The notes beneath the pieces are model-generated. The model ran no database searches and was not told where the DNA came from. It worked only from the letters and a program-made list of their open reading frames with translations. A stretch of DNA of 64,000 nucleotides from a virus. The translations under genes and the position numbers were made by a program. Positions 56,575-64,000 of this stretch are shown here, in pieces; the first letter of the stretch is position 1; every line of letters starts with the position of its first letter. The DNA lies in the IMG/VR virus record IMGVR_UViG_3300045988_154277; one strand, 5' to 3'.

Positions 56575-57567
56575 TTATGCGTTGGCGGGAGCAGGAAGTT
56601 CTTTCGTATTGGAGAACTTACGATTGAATGCTTCAAGACGGTTCTTGATGTAGAAGATACCATTAGCTGCTTGTTTCGCACATTCTTCGATAGCATACAT
56701 CACAGTTGCGGCTTGTCTGATTGTATTCTGAGCAACCTTAAGTTGATCTACATCACCCTTCTTCTCAGCACGTGCTTTGAGTTTCTCAGGGATCGTACGG
56801 AGACTGTTCACCAGGTTCTCACCCTTCTTGCACATTTCGTGGAGAGATTTGGACATCTCAGGCGCTTCATTGATAAACTTCTCATCGACTGGCTTTTTAG
56901 GATACTCACGTCCACCAGTCATAACAATACCGAGTTCGCCAGCCAGATCATTGCCGTGCTGACGGATCTGATTAGATTCTTCGTCGTTCATAGAACGGAT
57001 CACATCAACATTGGCTTTGGCACAGATCGACCGATCGAAATCAGAGATGATCTTCTGGATGTTGGAGTTGGTGAACGATTCGGCAACCATCGTTGGATTA
57101 CTGTCTGTAATGATGGTATCTGCTCTGAATGGTTGCTTCTTTGACTGTCGTTTCTTTGAATGATTGTTTTTGGCTTCCTTAGCCTCCTCTTGGACAGCTT
57201 GGTTGGCTTTGTCCGTAGACTTGAACAAGTTCGTAAAGAACTTCTTGATCTTCGTCCACAGATCTTGGAACCATTTCACAACAGCATCCCAACCTTTCGA
57301 GATGGTCTCACCGAGACCTTCCATCGTGAGCGATATGTTGTTCTGTCCGTAAAGGTACTGAATTGTTTCAGTACTTCCAGACTGTTGGATCACATCACGG
57401 ATTTGGATCAGCTGATCCATCGTGGTGATACGATCCATCAAGCAGTTGTATGCTTCCCAAGTGACGTCATAAGCCGACTCCATCGCGATATAAGCATCCA
57501 GGAGTTCTTCGTTGCTTGCGACACTGGATGTCTGCGGGATGCTCAGGTGTTCTAATCCGAGGTTCAT
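56575..57567 (-). CDS. Alpha-helical hypothetical protein (330 aa), paralog of 49467..50441
   Basis: N-terminal similarity (MNLGLEHL...MDQLIQIRDVIQQSGSTE versus MQLGIESL...VDNLIQIGQYLKQYGATE). Confidence 0.5.
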   Translation of the reverse strand: MNLGLEHLSIPQTSSVASNEELLDAYIAMESAYDVTWEAYNCLMDRITTMDQLIQIRDVIQQSGSTETIQYLYGQNNISLTMEGLGETISKGWDAVVKWFQDLWTKIKKFFTNLFKSTDKANQAVQEEAKEAKNNHSKKRQSKKQPFRADTIITDSNPTMVAESFTNSNIQKIISDFDRSICAKANVDVIRSMNDEESNQIRQHGNDLAGELGIVMTGGREYPKKPVDEKFINEAPEMSKSLHEMCKKGENLVNSLRTIPEKLKARAEKKGDVDQLKVAQNTIRQAATVMYAIEECAKQAANGIFYIKNRLEAFNRKFSNTKELPAPANA

Positions 57568-57601
57568 GATGTTGTTTCCTTTTGATGATACATTGTAATT
57601 A

Positions 57602-57611
57602 CCCCCCCCCC
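57602..57611. repeat. C10 homopolymer tract (G10 on the minus strand) in a divergent intergenic region
   Basis: accccccccccgcag. Confidence 0.8.
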
Positions 57612-57686
57612 GCAGAGGGAGAGAAGGGTAAGTGATAATACGAGTAAAAGCCCTCTGTATACCATTGTTTCTTGAGGGTATCCCAG

Positions 57687-57696
57687 CATGGTATGC
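57687..57696 (+). promoter_or_regulatory. Candidate second-class promoter element CATGGTATGC, 33 nt upstream of the beta-prime ATG
   Basis: See 27661..27670. Confidence 0.35.
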
Positions 57697-57729
57697 ACTC
57701 TGATATACACTACACTGAAGGAGGTATTT

Positions 57730-59786
57730 ATGGCTTTAGATCCAGTACGCATCTGGCTGATGGATGTGCCTAAATTCATACGAGAGAATAAATGTCAACC
57801 TGTAACATCCGTCTTCATCCGTGAGACCACAACGAATGAATTTAAACACGATGGGTTGTTCTCAGAAGACATCTTCGGTCAGATCAATACTCCGGAGCGG
57901 TTGATCCGGTTCGGATATGTCGATCTTCGGACGAAGATCCTACATCCGCTCATCTACATCGATATCGTGAAGCTGAAGGCTTTCTATGGAGAGATCATGG
58001 CTCGGAAAGCTTATGCCGTGTTCAATCCAGAGACCAAAGAGTTCATTCGTGCATCGGAAGAAGACGAAGATGCTGATACAGGGTATCAGTTTTTCATGAG
58101 TCATTTGGATGATTTGAAGTTCGAGAAGAACAAGTCCTTGAAACACAACGAGATGGTTGATGTGATCGAGCGACACCAAGGCAAGTTGACATTGGAACAA
58201 TGCCTTGTGATGCCAGCTGGATTACGAGACCTTAGAGAAGACGAAGGTAAACCAGCTGCAGATAGTATCAACAAACTCTACTCTTCTCTGATCAACTACA
58301 CACTGGCTCTTCCCACTACCAAGACTACGTCTGATATTTATGACAATGTCAGGTTCTCGATCCAGAAGAAAGTCTCTGAGATCTATCAGTATCTATTCGA
58401 TATGATCGAAGGGAAGTTCGGGTTCTTCCAGAGGAAGTACGGTTCTCGTAACCTTGCATTGGGTACTCGTAATGTGGTATCCACAGCATCCATGGCTGCG
58501 TTATCACCAGATGATCCTCAGTATCTGAAAATGGATGAGATCAAGATCCCACTCTTCCAGTTATGCAAGATGTTCACTCCGTTGATCATCTACAACATCC
58601 GGATGCTATTCCTGAACGAAGTGTTCCATATCACATCGGACCAGGTTGCTTTGATCGATCCAGAAACCAATAACTTGGTCTACCAGCCGATCGATGAGGA
58701 TGAGAAGAGTCGGTTCCTCTCATCGGAAGGGATCGAGAAGATGATCGATCTTTTCAGGGATCCTGAGTTCCGGTTCACTCCTGTTGTGGTATACAACGAA
58801 GAGGGCAAAGGATATTACCTCTACATGGTCTACGATGATACGGAAGTGATCTACTTGACGAGAAGCGTCAGTGAAGTGATCAACAAGATCAAGGATAAAG
58901 TAGGTGTCTACGATCCTCAGAAACTGAGACCTCTCACTTATGCTGAGATGTTCTACATCGCAGCGTATCGTGCTACTTACGACAAGACTTCATTGATCAC
59001 ACGATATCCTGCCATCGAAGTAGGATCTGAAGTACCGAATCGTGTACATCTGATCTCAACGAACCCTGCAAGGAAGATCAATCTGTTCTCTACGATGGAT
59101 GATGATAACTGGATCATGCTTCCAGAGTATCCGATCATCAACAATACCTTTGTGGATAGTCTGATCCCGCATCCACAGATCTTAGGAGGGTTAGGGATGG
59201 ATTCGCTAAACAGTCGAAGTCCCGCTATCGGGTAACCGGTGGTGACAAGAAAGTGAATTGCTGGAAACATCTAAGAGCTAGTTTGGCTACAGCGTGATCC
59301 GAAAGGATGAATGCGATATGCGGTCGAAAGACAGAAAAAACAAACTAGATGACCTATGGTGAAATAAAAGCTTGTATGTACCACACCAACATACAGGTCC
59401 TAAAGGTTGATGCTTCTATATGAAGCGGAACAATGTGCAATCAGCAGCTAAGCTTATAGATAACTCTCTGAGTCGCTATGAGAAAGTTCATCGACTAGGT
59501 GCTCCCACCCGAGCGATTGGGTGGATGGTATAGTCAGGCCGCTAATGAAGATTAGTGGGTAAACGTATGTAAGTTATTGATATTCAATGAGTTACAACGG
59601 AAGATGTTTGATGGCGACACAGCCTCGTCCAATGGTGTATTGAGCAAACAAGCCAACCAAGAAGTCAATGAGTATTTGGATTCAATAGGACGTTACATCC
59701 ACAGTAACGGAAAATTGATGCACGGTACCACTGACTTGATCAAATTGACGATCTTCAACTTATCGAGAGATCCTGTTCTCGTTTAA
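57730..59786 (+). CDS. RNAP beta-prime subunit N-terminal fragment, interrupted by a group I intron (exon 1 57730..59202, exon 2 59607..59786; about 550 aa spliced)
   Basis: RBS AGGAGG 7 nt before the ATG at 57730. FKHDGLFSEDIFGQ aligns to PERDGLFCARIFGP. LVMPAGLRDLREDEGKPAADSINKLYSSLINYTLAL aligns to [39 protein letters not shown]. Joining ...GLGMD (exon 1, ends in U) to FDGDTASS... (exon 2) recreates the catalytic NADFDGD motif. Exon 2 continues HSNGKLMHGTTDLIKLTIFNLSRD, matching [25 protein letters not shown]. Confidence 0.7.
59203..59606 (+). ncRNA. Group I intron in the beta-prime gene (about 404 nt, no ORF)
   Basis: P7/P8/P7-prime present as UCGACUAGG / CCCACCCGAGCGAUUGGGUGG / GGUAUAGUCAGG, matching the phage group I R/S consensus. 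GAAA-capped helices AUCCGAAAGGAU and GGUCGAAAGAC. P9 is CGCUAAU-GAAG-AUUAGUG. The 5-prime exon ends in U and the intron ends in G (AAGAUG). Confidence 0.75.
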
Positions 59787-59799
59787 AACAAAAGAAGAA

Positions 59800-59835
59800 C
59801 TAAGGAGGGATAGGACCAACCCTATCCCTCCTTAG
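59800..59835 (-). terminator. Terminator hairpin (14-bp stem ctaaggagggatag) followed by UUCUUCUUUUGUUUU
   Basis: After stop 59838. It also lies 14 nt downstream of beta-prime exon 2 on the other strand, so it may act bidirectionally. Confidence 0.65.
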
Positions 59836-59837
59836 TA

Positions 59838-60164
59838 TTAGTACAGGTCCTCTTCCTCTTTTTGGATCTGTATTTCATCGTCCATCAACCCTTCGACTAG
59901 TTCGATGATCTCTTCATCATCTTCCGGCATACCAGTTAGATACCGTTTCTGAACGAAAGATCCACCACACCAATCGACTGTCCATTCAGCTTTTACTTCA
60001 GTCCGATCATCACCCAAGAGGTTGGTGATGATACACAGACTCCAAGCACCACGTGTGTTCTCATGTGGTATTTCGATGGAGCCTTCTGCTCTACGAACAT
60101 CTCCGGCTTCTGGATGATGCATCGTGAGCTCGTTGTAATCAACTTTGGTTTGGTACTTGGACAT
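59838..60164 (-). CDS. Acidic hypothetical protein (108 aa)
   Basis: ORF. Confidence 0.5.
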   Translation of the reverse strand: MSKYQTKVDYNELTMHHPEAGDVRRAEGSIEIPHENTRGAWSLCIITNLLGDDRTEVKAEWTVDWCGGSFVQKRYLTGMPEDDEEIIELVEGLMDDEIQIQKEEEDLY

Positions 60165-60165
60165 A

Positions 60166-61059
60166 TCAACTCTCCAGGTTGGAGTTGAGGATCTTGTGAC
60201 ACAGATCCAACCGGCTGTTCAACATCCTCAGGTGGTTTTCGATAGCTGAGGTGAAATCGATCCGTTTCAGAGCATCGTGCATGTAGATGGCTGTCAGCTC
60301 CATAAATCCCACATCATCGAGTTGGAAATCGGTGATGGAAACACCGTTGATCCGTACGGTTTCCACCTTGGTATGGAACTTCTGGGAAGTTCCATCGTAA
60401 CACACATAAACATTCAGAAGAACGGATTTGATGTGTGGATAAACACCGATGCCTGTCAGATCTACTTCAATTTCGTAGATCGGTGTTGGTGACTGATTGG
60501 GGACACCACTCAGATTGTAGATGATGTTGTTGATTTTGATCCTCTTCCTGAGAGCATCCGGAAGTTTGGTCACATCCTCTTGGTTGCATTCATTTTCTTT
60601 CATGGCAGCTATGCCTTTCTCTGGTTGTTCCATTTTGGTGTTCTTGTAATACTGAACGATTCTTTCAGCGATGTCTTCCAACAATTTGTTGAAGTCATAA
60701 TCTGTGTTGTTGATCGTTGTGTGATTCGTGACATAGTAAGGAGATCGTAAGAAGGTATCGTACGGTGTTTTGTCAATCGATAACCTCCATGTGATATTTG
60801 ACGTATCGATGTTACGTGGTGTATCACCTTCGATTCCTAAGAACCCGATGCGAACATCCACATCTTGGTTCATCTTTGTTGGAACATCGATCGATTGTGG
60901 CTGTTTGCGACCGACTGTGCTGTGTTGATAGACCAACATGTCTTTCTTGGTGGTATAGATCACATCTATGATAGTCTTGTTATAGGTGTGATCGTCGTTA
61001 TATTCCGTGTTCACAACCACGAACTTAATCGGTCCGTTATTCGGTTGGTAAGTTTTCAT
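60166..61059 (-). CDS. Hypothetical protein (297 aa)
   Basis: ORF, coupled to its neighbour. Confidence 0.5.
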   Translation of the reverse strand: MKTYQPNNGPIKFVVVNTEYNDDHTYNKTIIDVIYTTKKDMLVYQHSTVGRKQPQSIDVPTKMNQDVDVRIGFLGIEGDTPRNIDTSNITWRLSIDKTPYDTFLRSPYYVTNHTTINNTDYDFNKLLEDIAERIVQYYKNTKMEQPEKGIAAMKENECNQEDVTKLPDALRKRIKINNIIYNLSGVPNQSPTPIYEIEVDLTGIGVYPHIKSVLLNVYVCYDGTSQKFHTKVETVRINGVSITDFQLDDVGFMELTAIYMHDALKRIDFTSAIENHLRMLNSRLDLCHKILNSNLES

Positions 61060-62002
61060 AATGATTCTCCTTAAATGGGTTTAACACTTCTACGCGATTG
61101 TACAGTTCGTTGATGTACGACGGATCTGTGATGCGAAGTACCGTGGGCGCATCTTGTTCGACAGTCTGTTTGGTTGGTGAACAAAGACGATCCAACATTC
61201 CGTATTGTGTGATGTAGGTGGCTTCGAAGAAGAGAACGTACAACTGTATCAGTGTCTTCGCAGACACTGATACATCTTTGTATGTCTCGAAGGTCGGCCC
61301 ATCGATTACATACGGACGGAACAGAGTGTTGATGAGATGCTTTGATTCTCCAGACAGAGAATTAGCTTCGATTCCACCCAGACTGAGTGGACTGATGCGG
61401 ATACAGTCTTTTTCGTAAGATACAAATACGGATCCGATAGTGATGTGCCGTAGTATCTGGCTTACAATACGGAAGTCCACATGTCCTCCATTCTTGGCAA
61501 ATCCAGCATCTTCAATCACCACGTGGAATGGTGTATGAAAGATCGTAAGATACGAATCCTTCGGGTTGGGCAGTATTGTGTTCAGCTCTCGTACATAGAT
61601 CGGAAGTTGATCGAACGGTATGCGATAATGAGCTTTGTGTTTTGCATCATATCCGTACTGTTCGATGAACTCTGCTGTTTTGTGAAACAGGTTGTTCAGT
61701 ATAGATGGTGTAACGAGTAAGTTTGGAAAAACAACATTGTCGAATGAACTGACATAACACAGATTATCACCTCTATCATTGTCGAGATACACATCGATAG
61801 CGATGAATGGAGCATTGGGTGCCGGTTGGACCTTCAGCAACATGATTCGACCGATTGTCAGCTCATTGGTTATGATGTCATACACACAAACCAATTCTTT
61901 CAGGTTCGGCATGAGTTGATGTTGTCTCAATGCATAAGTGTCGTTCTTAACGAACGTCACGTTTCCGACGACCATTTCGGTTGTCAATTCTACTTTAGTC
62001 AT
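61037..62002 (-). CDS. Hypothetical protein (321 aa)
   Basis: ORF. Confidence 0.5.
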   Translation of the reverse strand: MTKVELTTEMVVGNVTFVKNDTYALRQHQLMPNLKELVCVYDIITNELTIGRIMLLKVQPAPNAPFIAIDVYLDNDRGDNLCYVSSFDNVVFPNLLVTPSILNNLFHKTAEFIEQYGYDAKHKAHYRIPFDQLPIYVRELNTILPNPKDSYLTIFHTPFHVVIEDAGFAKNGGHVDFRIVSQILRHITIGSVFVSYEKDCIRISPLSLGGIEANSLSGESKHLINTLFRPYVIDGPTFETYKDVSVSAKTLIQLYVLFFEATYITQYGMLDRLCSPTKQTVEQDAPTVLRITDPSYINELYNRVEVLNPFKENHYENLPTE

Positions 62003-62097
62003 GATTGTATCCTTCTTCGTTGTTAGTTGAAATAGAGTCTATAAGTGTACGGTATACCGTACACTTATAGTTCTCAGTTGGTTAGATTTCGTTGGGT

Positions 62098-63354
62098 CTA
62101 GTCAGTAGAGCACGGCTGTGTATTCTGCTGAAGATGTTGTAGGTACTGAAGGTGTGGAAGATACTTCAACGCGTTGTTGTATTGTTCGTGGAAGTTCTTG
62201 TTCCAAGCGACGGTATAGATCCGTGCGAGCTCGACAAGATCTTCACACTCTGAATCAGAACCAACAAGTTTGAAGCTTTCTCCTTCGTCTATCTCGGTAC
62301 CATTGATGCATTCGGCGAAGATGGTCCAACCATCTTGTCCTCTGTGGATCCGTATCCTTGCATTGTTGAGGTAATGTGGTGGAACCGCTCCATATGCTTC
62401 TTTTGGGATGACGTGATAAGTAAGAATGAATCCTTCCGATCCCCAAAATACACGAGGTATGATGGAGTCACATACCACCTGTATCGTGTAATCGATGTGA
62501 CTTTGTTTTTGGTTGGCTGTTTCTTTCGGTTGTTCTTGACGGACTTGTTTGGTCTTCTTGCGCTCCTTACGAACCTTCTTAGGTGTCTGCTTGAAGAACT
62601 CATCATAGAGTTCCTTTATAACAGCTTCAAGATGATCCTCGATGTTGGAGTATTCGTAACCACACTGCACGATCCAGTGTTTGAAAGTTCTTTCAGAATC
62701 AGGTATGATGGAAACTTCACCTGTGACGTAGTTGGCTGTTTCACCAAGCTTATCACGCGAGATGTTTCTCGTTATGACGACATGACCGATATATCGTGAT
62801 GTGCTTGTGAAGATTTCCCAGCGTGAAGATCTGCACTCGGCATTTTCTTCATCAAGACAAAGCGTGAAATCCTTCGTCTGTACACTGATGATCTTATCGC
62901 AGTCGTTACGTCTGTATCGATACTCCAGGTTGTCTTCAGCATCCGACTTCACCCTACCGTTTAACAACTTTTGAAGTTTAACACCTAGTTCATTAAGTGT
63001 CTTGGCATCGGTTGAGAATCCAGTGACAATCGTTATAAAGATTGCTCTTTGGAGTTCTGTATGAGGTAGATCAGACCGTTTATAGTGTACCAACGAATAG
63101 ATCCCTGCATCGTTAGTGATATATTCGATTTGCGATAATGGGTGATGAGTGGCGCAGTATATCTGTATCTCTCCATGTTTCTGGCCATTCTTGAACACAT
63201 CCCATACGACCTTTCGAAAAGTCTCCATAGCGGGTGTGTCACTGTAGTCGCCGGTCCACGGTTTCTGTACATAGCAGGATGAATTAATATTGATTGTAAA
63301 CACACCGTGTGTGAGTGTTACGATACAATCGTCTGGTGGTTGATTGGTAGTCAT
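62098..63354 (-). CDS. Hypothetical protein (418 aa) with internal Lys/Arg-rich linker
   Basis: ORF. Confidence 0.5.
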   Translation of the reverse strand: MTTNQPPDDCIVTLTHGVFTININSSCYVQKPWTGDYSDTPAMETFRKVVWDVFKNGQKHGEIQIYCATHHPLSQIEYITNDAGIYSLVHYKRSDLPHTELQRAIFITIVTGFSTDAKTLNELGVKLQKLLNGRVKSDAEDNLEYRYRRNDCDKIISVQTKDFTLCLDEENAECRSSRWEIFTSTSRYIGHVVITRNISRDKLGETANYVTGEVSIIPDSERTFKHWIVQCGYEYSNIEDHLEAVIKELYDEFFKQTPKKVRKERKKTKQVRQEQPKETANQKQSHIDYTIQVVCDSIIPRVFWGSEGFILTYHVIPKEAYGAVPPHYLNNARIRIHRGQDGWTIFAECINGTEIDEGESFKLVGSDSECEDLVELARIYTVAWNKNFHEQYNNALKYLPHLQYLQHLQQNTQPCSTD

Positions 63355-63356
63355 AG

Positions 63357-63524
63357 TTACTCTTCTTCCTTCTGAGGTAAATACTGATCACAGTGGTAGT
63401 TGCGTTTAACCACGTGATGGTTCAATTGACAACGTACAACCTCGTGGTGGTTGTACCGAACAACCACCCTGTGCACGCAGTTGCGGCAACAGGGTGTGTG
63501 ATGTACTGGATGCAATTCGTTCAT
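63357..63524 (-). CDS. Possible Cys/His-rich small protein (55 aa, MNELHPVHHTPCCRNCVHR...)
   Basis: Manual translation. Starts 2 nt after the upstream stop and ends 2 nt before the next ATG. No clear RBS. Confidence 0.3.
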   Translation of the reverse strand: MNELHPVHHTPCCRNCVHRVVVRYNHHEVVRCQLNHHVVKRNYHCDQYLPQKEEE

Positions 63525-63526
63525 CG

Positions 63527-63985
63527 TCACCGAACAGGTTCGATGTTCTTCAGAGTTTCCATGATGTCTTCTGCCGTTGGCATCGTATCATGGAACTTCT
63601 TCAACCTGGAAGTAGCGTTCTCCACCACGAGGTTCAGCTCTTCCAGAGTCAAACTGTCTGTATCCGTCACCCAGTCAGCGACGTAATAGAGTCGTCTGGA
63701 TCCTTCGATCATGCCGAAGAGGATCGGATCTCTCTTCTTGATCACGGCTTTGTCCAGTTCCGCTACTTTGAAAGCTTCCAAGTTGGGATCGTAGTGTGCG
63801 ATACAGTAGTTATCGAACACCTTCAGTTTGTCCATCTTGTCTTTCTTCTCAGCAACAGGGAACGGAATCAACCCAGTGTAGTTCCTTATGAAGTCGATCC
63901 GAACACCTTTCTTACATTTCAGGAAGAACTCAACCATCTTCTCTTCTGAGACGTATTCAAGATATCCATTCTTGACCAACGTCAT
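63527..63985 (-). CDS. Hypothetical protein (152 aa)
   Basis: ORF. Confidence 0.5.
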   Translation of the reverse strand: MTLVKNGYLEYVSEEKMVEFFLKCKKGVRIDFIRNYTGLIPFPVAEKKDKMDKLKVFDNYCIAHYDPNLEAFKVAELDKAVIKKRDPILFGMIEGSRRLYYVADWVTDTDSLTLEELNLVVENATSRLKKFHDTMPTAEDIMETLKNIEPVR

Positions 63986-64000
63986 CTCACCGACAAGTGC

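Noticed and set aside
59577-59786. 69-aa TTG-start ORF listed as an independent gene
   Set aside because: Its first 10 codons are intron sequence. From FDGD onward it is exon 2 of the beta-prime gene.
1-64000. tRNA genes, CRISPR arrays, integrases, transposases and homing endonucleases
   Set aside because: By eye I found no cloverleaf-compatible sequence with GTTCGAATC-like T-arms, no direct-repeat/spacer arrays, and no recombinase or HNH/GIY-YIG motifs. A proper tRNAscan or HMM scan was not possible.

Overview
This window reads as a densely coded, almost entirely minus-strand stretch of a phiKZ-like jumbo phage. By eye GC is in the mid-40s%; this was not computed. A homology search was not possible, so every call rests on motifs I could align by hand.

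Main contents:
- Four fragments of a split multisubunit RNA polymerase (RNAP): beta N-terminal, beta C-terminal, beta-prime N-terminal and beta-prime C-terminal pieces.
- Three homologous ORF-less group I introns of about 400 nt interrupting three of those RNAP genes. In the beta-prime gene the intron sits exactly inside the catalytic NADFDGD motif, and the motif is only reconstituted by splicing. These introns are the most interesting result.
- A GyrA-like topoisomerase II subunit, an SF2 helicase, and a 1717-aa SNF2-helicase/GNAT multidomain giant protein.
- Sheath/tube-like and fibre-like structural genes, and a signal-peptide GH24 lysozyme.
- Two tandem arrays of small paralogous genes of early-gene type.
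- Seven copies of a conserved promoter motif whose minus-strand core, TATATATTAC, matches the reported phiKZ early consensus, plus a second candidate promoter class, CATG(C/G)TATGC.
- Many rho-independent hairpin terminators sharing a TTCTTCTTTTGTT tail.
- 9-11 nt G/C homopolymer tracts, and a large nested palindromic intergenic element.
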